A program made the position numbers and the translations under genes. The notes beneath the pieces were generated by a model. That model saw nothing but the letters and a program-made list of their open reading frames with translations, ran no database searches and was not told the origin of the DNA. Below are positions 27,391-38,565 of a stretch of 38,820 nt of DNA, one piece after another (the first letter of the stretch is position 1; each line of letters starts with the position of its first letter). Location of the stretch: the sequence record SRR16203515_4098, one strand, 5' to 3'.

Positions 27391-28275
27391 ATGAATATGA
27401 AATTACTTCGCTCGCTACAGGTTTTCGTCTCAGTCGCCGAAAGCGGAAGTATGAGCGTTGCTGCTCGGTCATTGCACATGACAGTTTCAGCTATTAGTCA
27501 ACAGCTACGAAAATTAGAGCAAGACATAGGTCTTAGTCTATTCAATCGTAATACCCGTAATTTGAGTTTGACCGAAGCTGGTGGCATTTATTATGACACC
27601 AGCCGCCAGATGCTGAAAACCGCGGAGCTGGCCCAAGAGCAAATTGAAACCTTACAAGACGCCCCTTCAGGTAAAATCAAAATTGTGGCGCCAGAAGGGT
27701 TTGGCGGAGGGTTACTGAGCCGCCCTATTCATAAACTCTGTGAAGAGTTTCCCAAAATTACCGTGTCGTTGACGGTAACCGATGAGCCTAAAGACATCAT
27801 CGCCTCAGGCGCAGATTTGGTGTTGTGCTTCGAACCTCTGTCAGACGCTAATTTCAGTAGCTTAAAACTAGCGACCTGGAGTCGCATTTTATGTGTGGCC
27901 TCTGAACACCCTATTGCCTCAGCCAATTTAGACTCGCCAGACGCATTAAAAGACTATACCTATATCGCTCATCGTCATATCGAAGAGTATGTGATGCAGC
28001 ACCCCAAACACGCCTCTTTGCCTTTGACCTCACCGCGTATTGATGTCAATTCTATGCAAACCCTTATTCAGCTAACCAAAGATGCCATGGGCTATGCCGT
28101 ATTGCCTGAGCCTGAAATACGCCACCTGTTAAATGATGGCTCAATGAAGCAGCTTTTCACCGATTGGGAGTTACCCGATTATACCGTGTATGCTGTGACC
28201 CCTAAGCGAGAGCTGATCCCAGCCAAAATAAGTGCCGCTATTCGTTGTCTGCAAGAGTGGTTTGAAGAAATTTAG
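27391..28275 (+). CDS. LysR family transcriptional regulator
   Basis: FVSVAESGSMSVAARSLHMTVSAISQQLRKLE...LFNRNTRNLSLTEAG. Confidence 0.93.
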   Translation: MNMKLLRSLQVFVSVAESGSMSVAARSLHMTVSAISQQLRKLEQDIGLSLFNRNTRNLSLTEAGGIYYDTSRQMLKTAELAQEQIETLQDAPSGKIKIVAPEGFGGGLLSRPIHKLCEEFPKITVSLTVTDEPKDIIASGADLVLCFEPLSDANFSSLKLATWSRILCVASEHPIASANLDSPDALKDYTYIAHRHIEEYVMQHPKHASLPLTSPRIDVNSMQTLIQLTKDAMGYAVLPEPEIRHLLNDGSMKQLFTDWELPDYTVYAVTPKRELIPAKISAAIRCLQEWFEEI

Positions 28276-28312
28276 TCGTAACCTCACCGCGACTATTGCC
28301 CGGCGCTAATAC

Positions 28313-28354
28313 AAAAAAGCAGCCCTTCACACTGAAGTGAAGTGGCTGCTTTTT
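28313..28354. terminator. Bidirectional terminator between the LysR gene and fadL
   Basis: AAAAAAGCAGCC...GGCTGCTTTTT inverted repeat between convergent genes. Confidence 0.75.
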
Positions 28355-28371
28355 ATTGTATAAGTAATAGC

Positions 28372-29673
28372 TTAGAAGCGGCTATTTACCTGTACACTTA
28401 ATACGTGAGCCGTGGCCGATTGGCTACCCACCATAGTGGAGGTGATACCTGTTTCACCTAGAGGGCGGGTTTTGTTGATGCTGGCTTCACGACCATTAAT
28501 ATAGGCGTACGCCAAATCAATGGTGGTTGCATCAGTCATAGTGTAGGTCACGCCGCCGGTTACCCAATGGCGATCAGTATCAGGAATACTTAATGAACGA
28601 TTTTCTACCGTAACCACGCCGTCATCATAGGCATAACCTGCCCGTAAGGTATATTCATCGTTTAGCACGTAGGTGACTCCAATGGAGGCTCTTAGTGAGT
28701 CATCAAAGTTTTCTTCTTTAATAGGAAAATCATCACCGCTAGCCAAGTTTGCTTCTAACTTTTCAAACGTGCTCCAATCGGTAAGTACAAGACTCGCTTG
28801 CACCGACCATTGGGCGTCTAGCTGTTGGCTAACAGCAAGTTCGGTAATAGCAGCTAAGTTGAGATCAAGACTACCAGGCTGATTAAGCTCAGCTGATAGG
28901 GCAGAACTAACCTCACCGTCTAACTCTAGTTTTGTTTCCGCACGGTATGATAGCGCTAGGTTAGTGGTGCTAGTAGGCTGAAAGAAAATGCCCGCATTCC
29001 AACCATAACCAAAGTCATCACCTTCTAGTTTAAACACTGACGCGTTAGCAATAGGCACACCTAAAACCTGCGTTAATGAATTAGGCAGTGATGAGCTGAT
29101 TTCTGCATCGGCATAAGTCACATTAAGGCCAAAACCAAGACGCAGTGCATCATTCACTTTATAAGAGACTGCAGGGTTTATGGTAAACGACTTGATTTCA
29201 GCCGTATCGGCAAAATGCAGCGCTTCAAAGTCGTCGCCATAGTCTGAACGTAGACCATAGTTTGAAAAAGCACCTACGCCAACCGACCACTTGTCATTTA
29301 TAGGGTTTACATAGAAAAAGGAAGGGATAACCGCCACATCTGCAATGTCATCCTCAGAAGTCGCTTGCGAGGCAATTACCATATTACCGTTTTCGGTTTG
29401 GATACTTGACGTGGTTTGTCCGCTCACATCCACGCTTGGCAAAATCGCGCTCACTGAGCCACTAAATTGAGCGCTGGTAAATACCCCAATGGCGGCTGGA
29501 TTCGTGGCCAGCACACTGGCGTTTTCAGGCATAGCAGCCTGACCCGCCATGGCGCGGCCTAGTCCATTGGCGCTATGTTCGTTAACTTGGAAACCTGCCG
29601 CTAATACAGATGAAGAAGAGACTGTGCCTAACGCCACGCAGACAGCGGCACGCAAAGATAAAGATGACTTCAT
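28372..29673 (-). CDS. fadL: Long-chain fatty-acid outer-membrane transporter (FadL/OmpP1)
   Basis: AGFQVNEHSANGLGRAMAG, NPA motif, LRAGYAYD, SIPDTDR, C-terminal Phe. Confidence 0.92.
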   Translation of the reverse strand: MKSSLSLRAAVCVALGTVSSSSVLAAGFQVNEHSANGLGRAMAGQAAMPENASVLATNPAAIGVFTSAQFSGSVSAILPSVDVSGQTTSSIQTENGNMVIASQATSEDDIADVAVIPSFFYVNPINDKWSVGVGAFSNYGLRSDYGDDFEALHFADTAEIKSFTINPAVSYKVNDALRLGFGLNVTYADAEISSSLPNSLTQVLGVPIANASVFKLEGDDFGYGWNAGIFFQPTSTTNLALSYRAETKLELDGEVSSALSAELNQPGSLDLNLAAITELAVSQQLDAQWSVQASLVLTDWSTFEKLEANLASGDDFPIKEENFDDSLRASIGVTYVLNDEYTLRAGYAYDDGVVTVENRSLSIPDTDRHWVTGGVTYTMTDATTIDLAYAYINGREASINKTRPLGETGITSTMVGSQSATAHVLSVQVNSRF

Positions 29674-30010
29674 AAAATACTCATTTACTTAGAAAAATGC
29701 AGCTGGGCATTTTACGGATGCAGCGTTCCATGTTCAATGCAAGTTAACGGAATTTACCCACTTTTATCGTATCTTTTACAATTTTGCCAGCACTTTCGGA
29801 GCATTTAGCGGCACGGTGAAAATAAATGGTTACCAGGTTATTTCACAAATGTTAAAAAACACTGCTGCCAATCATAATCGAAATCAATAGAAGCTGATGA
29901 AGTTTATAAATGAACCAAGGGTAATAATAACGCTATGCTTGTAATCCTAGGTACTCACCCCCACAACTAAACCAGTGGCAGGAGTACATTTATTCAAAGG
30001 AGACTCGGAT

Positions 30011-31009
30011 ATGTCTAGCTATAAAGAAATCCTACTTGTTCAGCGCCCTCACGATGGAAAAATAGGCCCCCATCTTTTTGAAACCAGAGAACAGCCAATA
30101 CCTCAACCTGGTGACGGAGAAATTCTGATCAAGCAAACGCATATGTCCCTAGACCCTGCCATGCTTGGATGGATGAGCGAAGACAGAGAAAGCTATATCC
30201 CTCCGGTAGAACTGGGCGAAGTGATGCGTTCAAGCGGTATCGGTAAAGTTATTGCCTCTAACCACCCTGATTTCACCGTGGGGGATAGGGTAATGGGGAT
30301 GACCGGATGGGCTGAATATCTCATTAGCGATGGCGCAGGCTTTAATAAACTACAAGCTGGCATAACCGAAGAAATGGCACTGTGCGTATTTGCACTTCCC
30401 GGATTAACGGCGACCACGGGGCTGTATAACTTTGGTAAGCCTAAACAAGGGGAAACCTTGGTAGTCACAGGTGCTGCTGGCTCGGTGGGCTCTATCGTGG
30501 GGCAACTTGCCAAGGCTGACGGCTTGCGCGTTATTGGTGTAGTGGGCAGTGATGAAAAAGCTGATTGGATAGTTAATGAATTAGGTTTTGACGGTGCAAT
30601 AAACTATAAAACCGATGACTTAGAGGCCAAGCTCACTGAGCTTACCCCTGATAAGATAGACGTATTTTTTGAAAATACTGGCGGACCTATTCAGCAACAC
30701 ATTTTTAACCGCATGAATACTCACGGCCGTATTGTGGTGTGCGGCATGATTGCCGATTATCAAGCTGACACACCATCAGCGGGACCAAACTGGATCCCAT
30801 TAATTAAAAAGCGCATAACTGTGCGCGGCTTTGCCATGCCCGATCACTGGGGCGAAGTGCCACAACTACTCGAAAAACTCTCGCCTTATGTACAGCAAGG
30901 TAAAATAAAATATCGCGCGCACACCATCGATGGGCTCAGCAATGGAGAAAAGGGCCTTAACATGCTGTTCTCTGGCGACAACAAAGGCAAGATGATCGTT
31001 AAGCTTTAA
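30011..31009 (+). CDS. NADP-dependent oxidoreductase (MDR; PGDH/YncB-like)
   Basis: SLDPAM, VVTGAAGSVGSIVGQLAK, FFENTGG, GKMIVKL; AAGGAG RBS before ATG 30011. Confidence 0.9.
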   Translation: MSSYKEILLVQRPHDGKIGPHLFETREQPIPQPGDGEILIKQTHMSLDPAMLGWMSEDRESYIPPVELGEVMRSSGIGKVIASNHPDFTVGDRVMGMTGWAEYLISDGAGFNKLQAGITEEMALCVFALPGLTATTGLYNFGKPKQGETLVVTGAAGSVGSIVGQLAKADGLRVIGVVGSDEKADWIVNELGFDGAINYKTDDLEAKLTELTPDKIDVFFENTGGPIQQHIFNRMNTHGRIVVCGMIADYQADTPSAGPNWIPLIKKRITVRGFAMPDHWGEVPQLLEKLSPYVQQGKIKYRAHTIDGLSNGEKGLNMLFSGDNKGKMIVKL

Positions 31010-31039
31010 GTTTGTTGCAGGTTACGCTATTGATCATTG

Positions 31040-32110
31040 CTACGATAGCGTAACCACCTCATAGGTATTTTTGCCCGCCCGTTTCGCAGCATAAAGCGCC
31101 TTATCTGCTTCTTTTACTAACCCGTCTAGCGTGAGGTTATTGTCAGGCGCTAACACCACTGCACCAATCGAACACGTTACCCACTTATAGGTAGCATTGT
31201 CAGCGTGTTTCAATGCACGGGATTGCCAACTTTGCTTTATCTGTTGGCATCGTTGGGTGACCTTATCGGCGTTTAAGCCACTCACTACCACCATAAACTC
31301 TTCACCGCCATAGCGGCCGAGAATATCGGTTTCCCGCTGAAACACATCGCGCATAATATCAGCCTGCATCACAATGGCATCGTCACCCTTTTGATGGCCA
31401 AAGGTATCGTTATAGGCTTTAAAATCGTCTAAATCTAACATAAACACTGCCATATGCAGTGATTCACGGTGCGCCAACGATAACAGCTTTTCACTGCTTT
31501 GCATCAACGCTCGTCGATTCAAAAGATTGGTGAGGGGGTCTACGCGACTTAAGGTTGAGAGTTGTTTATTCATCGCTGCTAACAGCGACATCGCATAATC
31601 TAATCGATATTTAGCATACGCACAGATAAACAACGAGCCGGTGACAAAAGCCGATGAGATAAATACCCGTTCGCCATACACGGGCGCAATAAGCATTAAA
31701 CTGATGAAACCAAGGGCATTGATTATGGAAGCCCAAATAGCCAGTTTGTAGGTAACGCCCAAGGCAAAAACAAAATAAAACGCATATAAAATTGTGCCCT
31801 CATAGGGAAACATAAAGCCATGCTGTACCCACAGTTGATAAATAAGCCAATAATTCGTATAGGTCAGTACTATCATTAACAGGGTGAGTAGCCAGTACCG
31901 ATTGGGGTAAAAATAGCGAGAAAACGAGAAGGCAATGACCGCAGCAATAACGGGAACTTGGTAGATAAAGCGATTATAGAAATAAGTTGGGTGTAACTTT
32001 TCAGGTAACAGCGCCAGATGGGCCCACACAAAGCTACTGATTAATATAGCCCCTACCATTAGCGCTAATCGTAGGCGCACCACCTCCTTCTTTGGAGCAA
32101 CTGTATTCAT
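31040..32110 (-). CDS. Membrane-bound diguanylate cyclase
   Basis: N-terminal TM segments; DPLTNLLNRR, DLDDFKAYNDTFGHQKGD, RETD I-site, RYGGEEF. Confidence 0.92.
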   Translation of the reverse strand: MNTVAPKKEVVRLRLALMVGAILISSFVWAHLALLPEKLHPTYFYNRFIYQVPVIAAVIAFSFSRYFYPNRYWLLTLLMIVLTYTNYWLIYQLWVQHGFMFPYEGTILYAFYFVFALGVTYKLAIWASIINALGFISLMLIAPVYGERVFISSAFVTGSLFICAYAKYRLDYAMSLLAAMNKQLSTLSRVDPLTNLLNRRALMQSSEKLLSLAHRESLHMAVFMLDLDDFKAYNDTFGHQKGDDAIVMQADIMRDVFQRETDILGRYGGEEFMVVVSGLNADKVTQRCQQIKQSWQSRALKHADNATYKWVTCSIGAVVLAPDNNLTLDGLVKEADKALYAAKRAGKNTYEVVTLS

Positions 32111-32185
32111 TCAACCATTCCTAACAACAAGGGGAACCAGCTGCCCCATAATTTAAGTATAGGCAATTATAAAACGTAAGTGGCG

Positions 32186-34096
32186 TTACTTTTGTGCGGT
32201 GTGAAGGGCCACCATACTCGCTTCGAGGGCTTCAATAGTGACAGGTTTAGTTACAACGTCATTCATGCCCGCTTGCTTAAACGCTTCATGGCGCTCTTTA
32301 AAAGCTTCAGCCGTTAGGCCTATGATGGGCACATTTTTATGCTCATCATCGAATTTACGAATGCGTTGAGTGGCTTCAACCCCATCCATAACGGGCATAT
32401 GAATATCCATAAAAACAATATCTATGCCCCCTTCTTCTGCTTTCGCTGCAGCTTTTAACCCGTTGTCGACATGGGTCACTATACACCCTAACTGCTCTAG
32501 TAGCGCTTTAGCAACCACGGCATTAATCGCGTTATCTTCGGCCAGCAATACCTTCATGCCTTGCCTTAGTTTGGGTACTGAGGAGGGTTGATCAGGGTTC
32601 ACTTTTGACGTTACTTCTTTCGCTAGACGGGACTTCACATCAGCAGTAACGGTAAAACAAGACCCCTGTCCCACCTTACTGGTGACCTTGATATCGCCTC
32701 TCAATAGCTGAGCAAGCTCTCGGGCAATAGCAAGACCAAGACCGGTCCCCCCATAGCGACGTGAAATAGAGGAGTCTGACTGCGTAAATTTATCAAAAAT
32801 GCTTTCTAGCCGGTCGGTTTCGATGCCTATTCCCGTATCTTTCACCGCAATCACCAAACGATTGTCTTGCACCTCATCCGTGCTGGCTTGCTTAAGCTTT
32901 GCATTAATCACCACAGTGCCTTGATGGGTAAACTTAATGGCATTGCTAATAAGGTTGATCACAATTTGGCGGATTTTGGTGATATCGCTGGTGACTAATA
33001 CCGACGCCAGATTGCGGCTTTTGTATTCTAACCGCGTATTATTTACGCTGGCATTGGTACCAAGTAATGTCACTAAGTCATGTAGCATAGAATCTAAATC
33101 AAACTCAGTGACATCGATTTCAGACATGCCCGACTCGATTTTTGACAAATCGAGTACATCATTAATTACATTAGCCAAAATGGATGCAGAGGCTTTTAAA
33201 TCAGTCGCATACTTTTGCTGTTTTTCGGTAAGCTCTGTGGCCAACAACAACGAGGCTAACCCCTGAATACCGTTAAGCGGCGTACGCATTTCATGACTCA
33301 TTACCGCCAAAAAGTCTGTTTTGGCTTTATTGGCCGCTTGCGCCTTTGACACATACTCGATGATCTCACCAGACATGGCCTCGACGTCCCGGGCTAACTC
33401 ACTCAATTCGTTATTGCCGGCAACCGATACTGATACTTTTTTATGGCTATTGGCAATTTGGCTGGTGGCGCTTTTTATTTTATTAATCGGTGCGATAACA
33501 AAATGCTGGGTCACTGTGCCCATTAATAAACTCACCAACGCCACTGCGAATAAGGTAATCAACACGGTCAGCGTAGCAATTTTGGATAACGACGCTTCCA
33601 GTTCGGTAGTGGGCTGACTTACCGTTAACTTCCAGTTCCAAGGTAAAAAACCGCTACAGGCATACAACACGTCTTCACCATCAAGGGTGGTTTCCCCAAA
33701 GGACACGCTTTTTCCATTGATGGTAACCTTATTAGTTCGGCTTAAATCAATTGGCGCCCACGCATCCAGGGTACTGAAGAGCATTTCGCCGGTATTCTTA
33801 TCGCTTACGGTAAACTCTTTTCCCGTAGCTTCACTTAGGCTATCTAACTCGTCGAAGACTTCTTTTTGATAGGCATTACGAAATACCGGCACATTTTCTA
33901 ATCCAGACTCGACTAATAATTGATGGCGTTCATCCACCAAATCAAGAAACGTGAGCGATAAGGTTTGAGTAAGCAGTTGATACTCTTTTTCTCGTACCGA
34001 GTCGTACGCCGTTTGGTACGCCCAATATCCGGTGAGGGCCATGCCAATAAGTAATATAGGTATGTAGATAGCAAGAAGCTTAGATTTGATGCGCAT
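32186..34096 (-). CDS. Hybrid sensor histidine kinase (HAMP-HisKA-HATPase-REC)
   Basis: MSHEMRTPLNG, NLISNAIKFT, DTGIG, GGTGLGL, FMDIHMPVMDG. Confidence 0.93.
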   Translation of the reverse strand: MRIKSKLLAIYIPILLIGMALTGYWAYQTAYDSVREKEYQLLTQTLSLTFLDLVDERHQLLVESGLENVPVFRNAYQKEVFDELDSLSEATGKEFTVSDKNTGEMLFSTLDAWAPIDLSRTNKVTINGKSVSFGETTLDGEDVLYACSGFLPWNWKLTVSQPTTELEASLSKIATLTVLITLFAVALVSLLMGTVTQHFVIAPINKIKSATSQIANSHKKVSVSVAGNNELSELARDVEAMSGEIIEYVSKAQAANKAKTDFLAVMSHEMRTPLNGIQGLASLLLATELTEKQQKYATDLKASASILANVINDVLDLSKIESGMSEIDVTEFDLDSMLHDLVTLLGTNASVNNTRLEYKSRNLASVLVTSDITKIRQIVINLISNAIKFTHQGTVVINAKLKQASTDEVQDNRLVIAVKDTGIGIETDRLESIFDKFTQSDSSISRRYGGTGLGLAIARELAQLLRGDIKVTSKVGQGSCFTVTADVKSRLAKEVTSKVNPDQPSSVPKLRQGMKVLLAEDNAINAVVAKALLEQLGCIVTHVDNGLKAAAKAEEGGIDIVFMDIHMPVMDGVEATQRIRKFDDEHKNVPIIGLTAEAFKERHEAFKQAGMNDVVTKPVTIEALEASMVALHTAQK

Positions 34097-34116
34097 AATA
34101 ACGTTAGAAGCAACCT

Positions 34117-35136
34117 TTACTGATAGACGTTGTCTTTAGCTAGCTTTAAGTACGAAGACGGAATAGGCATATTCAGCTTTATCGCCGTTGATACATTAAC
34201 CGCCACCGTATATTGCTCGGTGCGGGATACCGCAATAGTGTTTGCGGGTTGCCCTTGTAAAATCCTGCGTGCTCGCGTGGCGGCTGATTGGCCAATACTT
34301 TGCTCATCGGATACCACGCCTAATAATGCTCCTCGCTTTACTGATGCTAGGTTTTCGGCAAACAGCGGCATTAATTGAGTACTTTGTCTGATATCGTCAA
34401 TAAGACGCTGAGACTCCTGCAAAGGCCCTGTGGATAACCAATAGCCGTCAAATTGCGTATCTGATGCCTTAAGCGTACTAATTATCCCTTCACTCATTGC
34501 CGCTAACCCCGCCTCGCCCTCAACATAGTTGGTTCCGATAGGCACAAAATTAATACTGCCATAGTTATCATCTAACTCAAGTAGACTCGCCACCAAACTT
34601 GATGACGACGGATAATCGGTGTGCACTAAGGCAATAGTGAAGGCGTTATCTTTAACGCTAGGCCTGAGTAAGCCCTCTAACATATCGAGTTTTATCCGCG
34701 CATCCAAGACGTGAGATTCGCCGGTAATATTATTACTACTTAGCGTATCAAACTCAGCAACTATACCTTCTTTTATTGGGTCAGCCACCGTCATAAAGAG
34801 CTTGGGGACGTCAACCAAAACCTCTGAGTTATACAAAGCGCGGGTGGCTAAGGTAGCAACCGACACGATAAGATCAGGAAGCGCATTTTGTTGACAAATT
34901 TTTTCAATCGCGAGATTAGCCTCTGCAAGGGAGCCTTGGGCATCATAGATGTCAAAGGTAATATTTGCCTCTGGCATGATCACGGCTAGTTCCTTCTCAA
35001 ACGCCGCCGTTGAGTTGAGTATGATGGGCAGTTTAACGGTTTGAATGACGGCTACATGATAGTCCTTTGCCAATAAAGGCGTGGATAAGCAGAAATAACC
35101 CGTGAGAAAAAATAGCAAAGAAAGCAAACGCTTCAT
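34117..35136 (-). CDS. Periplasmic substrate-binding protein (ABC_sub_bind-like)
   Basis: Signal peptide; VADPIKEGIV...NITG, RILQG...VNVSTAIKLNMPIP; ends 20 nt upstream of the kinase. Confidence 0.8.
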   Translation of the reverse strand: MKRLLSLLFFLTGYFCLSTPLLAKDYHVAVIQTVKLPIILNSTAAFEKELAVIMPEANITFDIYDAQGSLAEANLAIEKICQQNALPDLIVSVATLATRALYNSEVLVDVPKLFMTVADPIKEGIVAEFDTLSSNNITGESHVLDARIKLDMLEGLLRPSVKDNAFTIALVHTDYPSSSSLVASLLELDDNYGSINFVPIGTNYVEGEAGLAAMSEGIISTLKASDTQFDGYWLSTGPLQESQRLIDDIRQSTQLMPLFAENLASVKRGALLGVVSDEQSIGQSAATRARRILQGQPANTIAVSRTEQYTVAVNVSTAIKLNMPIPSSYLKLAKDNVYQ

Positions 35137-35243
35137 TAAAATACGCCTAAGGGACAGTTAACTAAAAGTATAATACAGACACCTTGGCTATATTAGAGCT
35201 AAAAAGGCGGCTTGCATAGCCAAGGGAGGAGTAACTATTTTGT

Positions 35244-36242
35244 TTAGCGCTTGTCCATGAAATCTAATTCACTCAATAGGGTTATGCTCTTTAACCGAGC
35301 ATCAATATTGTGGATAGGCGTAGAAACAATAAGCTCGTCGGCTTGGGTGGTCTCAATAAATTGGGCGAGCTGTTTGGCGACTGTGTCTTTAGTGCCAACT
35401 AAGGCGTAGCGCAAAATGTTGTCTAACATCATTTTGTCCGCCGGCGTGCAAATAGCGTTAATATCATCGATGGGCTTAGCAAATGCTTGATTAACCCCCT
35501 TACGCATATTAATAAACTGTTGTTGTACCGAGGTAAACAAATACTGCGCCTCTTCATCAGAATCCGCAACCACAGCCATCACGCCTACCATGGCATAAGG
35601 TTTTTCACACTGTTGTGAGGGAGCGAACATAGCGCGATAAACCTGAAGCGCATCGAAAAGTGCATCAGGCGCAAAATGAGAAGCAAAGGAATAAGGCAAA
35701 CCGAGTCGTGCTGCCAGTTGTGCACTGTATAAGCTGGACCCTAGCAACCATAAAGGAACATGAGTATTGGCCCCTGGCACCGCAATAATAGATTGTTGTG
35801 CATCTGGTGCGCCCAAATAATGCTGGAGCGCTAAAATATCTTCTGGGTAGTTATCAATATCGTTGTTGAGATTACGACGCAACGCCTTAGCCGTTGCCAT
35901 ATCAGTGCCAGGTGCACGCCCCAAGCCCAAATCAATTCGCTGTGGAAACAAAGTCGCCAAGGTACCAAACTGCTCTGCAATGACCAAGGGTGAATGATTA
36001 GGCAGCATCACGCCCCCTGACCCAACGCGAATACGGGAAGTAGCGTTGGCAATGTGTGCCAGTACTACGGCAGTGGCTGAACTGGCCACGCCCTTCATAC
36101 CATGATGCTCAGCCAACCAGAGCCGGTGATAGCCGCACGCTTGTGCCTGAATCGCAAGCCTTTTTGAATTATCTAACGCGCTTGCAATGCTTTCGCCCTC
36201 AGAAATAGGAGCGAGATCAAGAACGGAAAATGGTATGCGCAT
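35244..36242 (-). CDS. LLM-class flavin-dependent oxidoreductase (YhbW-like)
   Basis: [48 protein letters not shown]. Confidence 0.92.
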   Translation of the reverse strand: MRIPFSVLDLAPISEGESIASALDNSKRLAIQAQACGYHRLWLAEHHGMKGVASSATAVVLAHIANATSRIRVGSGGVMLPNHSPLVIAEQFGTLATLFPQRIDLGLGRAPGTDMATAKALRRNLNNDIDNYPEDILALQHYLGAPDAQQSIIAVPGANTHVPLWLLGSSLYSAQLAARLGLPYSFASHFAPDALFDALQVYRAMFAPSQQCEKPYAMVGVMAVVADSDEEAQYLFTSVQQQFINMRKGVNQAFAKPIDDINAICTPADKMMLDNILRYALVGTKDTVAKQLAQFIETTQADELIVSTPIHNIDARLKSITLLSELDFMDKR

Positions 36243-36417
36243 AGAAACCCTCGGTTAGCGATGAAAGACTTGGCAAAGGGCATTAATATCTCATGCTTAT
36301 CATTGATAGAACAAGGCTGTTCAAAGCAATAGACGGGCGTACAACGAGCGTAAAATAGAAAGGTATAAAATCAAGCAGCTAACTAGGGCTAGCTGCTTAG
36401 ATTATCGTGCTTTAATT

Positions 36418-37419
36418 TTATGGCTTAATTTTCACTAGCCAGTCGTGCTTGTCTTCCGCCTTGCCCCACTGGATATCGTTAAGCGCTTGTCTTAGCTTCA
36501 TAGTGACAGGGCCGGCTTCACCGTTACCGACTTGGTGCTCTTTACCGTTATGGATAAAAGTCCCTACCGGTGTAAGTACCGCTGCGGTGCCCGATAGTGC
36601 AGCTTCAGTACCCGGTTTAGCCGCTCGCTCAAGCAACTCATCAACGGTAATATTGCGCTCACTCACGGTCATACCGTGATCTTTTGCCAATTGCAGTATG
36701 GTGGCTCGGGTCACCCCATGAAGAAAGCTAGAGTCTAGCCCTTTGGTGATAATTTCATTGCCGTCTACGAGCAGGAAGTTTGCCGCACCGGTTTCTTGCA
36801 CATCGCCATTAGGGCAGAACAAGATTTGATCAGCCTGCACTTCTTTTCTTGCTTTTAAAATGGGCGGTAGCGCACTGGCGTAGTTACCACCACTTTTCAC
36901 CATACCCATGTGCGGTGCGCAGCGCATACCCGTTTCATCGAGTAGCAATCGCAACGGCTGTAGACCACCCGCAAAATAATCACCCACCGGCGATAACAAA
37001 ACATACAGCATAGAGGTAGCCGATGGTGCCGCCGCCTTACCAATAGACGCCTCGGTACCGATATGGGTAGGGCGAATATACATTGACCCCGGTGGCTCAG
37101 GCACTTGTGAACTGTATTGGGTAACGATATCGATGATCATTCTTTCAACTTGCGCTTTATCGATATCAGGAAGGTTCAGTAAACGGCTGCTTTGGGCAAA
37201 TCGTTCGATATTCCGATCCATCCTAAAAATATTAATACTACCATCTTCGTGTTTAAAAGCTTTTAGCCCTTCAAAACAAGTACTTGAATAGTGTAATACG
37301 TGTGCACCTGGGTGCATGGCTATACTATCTGCACTGACAATTTCAGTATCAGACCACTTATCGTTTTCAAAGCGGGTAAGCGCCATTTGTGGCATGAATA
37401 CGGTACCGAATACGGCCAT
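36418..37419 (-). CDS. ilvE: Branched-chain amino acid aminotransferase
   Basis: LHYSSTCFEGLKA, YIRP, KSGGNYA, ETGAAN, LHGVTR, SGTAA. Confidence 0.92.
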   Translation of the reverse strand: MAVFGTVFMPQMALTRFENDKWSDTEIVSADSIAMHPGAHVLHYSSTCFEGLKAFKHEDGSINIFRMDRNIERFAQSSRLLNLPDIDKAQVERMIIDIVTQYSSQVPEPPGSMYIRPTHIGTEASIGKAAAPSATSMLYVLLSPVGDYFAGGLQPLRLLLDETGMRCAPHMGMVKSGGNYASALPPILKARKEVQADQILFCPNGDVQETGAANFLLVDGNEIITKGLDSSFLHGVTRATILQLAKDHGMTVSERNITVDELLERAAKPGTEAALSGTAAVLTPVGTFIHNGKEHQVGNGEAGPVTMKLRQALNDIQWGKAEDKHDWLVKIKP

Positions 37420-37561
37420 TACTGTTTCCTGTTAACGTTTTGCGAAAAAATACCCAGAGAGTTTACCAAATATTGCTCGGTTTGTGTCATCTCGCCATCA
37501 AATTGTCGACAAAATCATCGCTGTTTTACTGGCAAGGTGTACCGCTAAGATGCCACATACG

Positions 37562-38428
37562 TTACTTGTCAAATAACCACAGCATGGCCTGCTCAAACTC
37601 GCTAGCCCATAGCGCTTCGTTATGCTCGCCCTCATCGATAACCCGGGACACAATACTGATTGCGTCTCCTCCTTTCGCTTTCATTAACGCTGTCATCCGC
37701 TGCGCATATGGCACCATAGACTCACCTTCATTGCCTCCCACAGTAATAAAAAAGCGGGTTGATGGGGGTATTGTAGTGTCTTGCGTAAAGGTAAACACCT
37801 CGTCGCTATACCAGTAAGAAGGCGAGAAAATCCCCACTTTGCCAAAGATATCAGGGTGGGCTAATGCCGCGTAATGGGTGATGAGCCCCCCCATAGAACT
37901 CCCTATCATGGCGGTGTTTTCAGCATCAGGTAAGGTACGATACTGAGTGTCGATATAGGGCTTAACCACTTGTGTAATAAAGGCCAAGTAGGCATCGCCT
38001 TCAGCAGCACCAAATTTTTCATTTTGCCATGGCGACAGTTCGCTCATGCGATATTCGCCGCCATTATCAATGCCCACCACGATCACATTGAGCTTATAAG
38101 ACTCGCTAAGACGATTGAGCGTTTCATCGATGCGCCACTCACCGGCATAGGCGGTTTGTTGATCGAATAAATTTTGCCCATCGTGCATATAAATAACCGG
38201 ATAATGTTGGCTGTCGCTGTCATAGTTTACCGGGGTATAAACCCGTATATGCCGTTTACGGTTAGTTGCAGGGATAGTGAATACCTTTTCGATAACCCTA
38301 ACATTAGCTTGCGCGGTTGACTCGGTTACGCTTTGCGCCTGCGCAATATGGGTACATGGCAGTAGGGTAACGAAAACCAATAGTAGTATGGTGATTGCCG
38401 GTAAGGGTTGACTAAATACTTCCCTCAT
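37562..38428 (-). CDS. Exported alpha/beta-hydrolase esterase
   Basis: YPVIYMHDGQNLFD, GSSMGG, FSPSYW, HNE. Confidence 0.87.
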   Translation of the reverse strand: MREVFSQPLPAITILLLVFVTLLPCTHIAQAQSVTESTAQANVRVIEKVFTIPATNRKRHIRVYTPVNYDSDSQHYPVIYMHDGQNLFDQQTAYAGEWRIDETLNRLSESYKLNVIVVGIDNGGEYRMSELSPWQNEKFGAAEGDAYLAFITQVVKPYIDTQYRTLPDAENTAMIGSSMGGLITHYAALAHPDIFGKVGIFSPSYWYSDEVFTFTQDTTIPPSTRFFITVGGNEGESMVPYAQRMTALMKAKGGDAISIVSRVIDEGEHNEALWASEFEQAMLWLFDK

Positions 38429-38565
38429 ACTTCTCTTCCTTTTTACTAGCGCGTTCTAATTAGGTGCGACGGCACATTAACTCTTTGCGCAAAATAGTAA
38501 GTAGTAATTAACATTAAGCGTACTCGTTAAGCACAACAACGGATGCCCCTTAGCAATGGGGCAAC

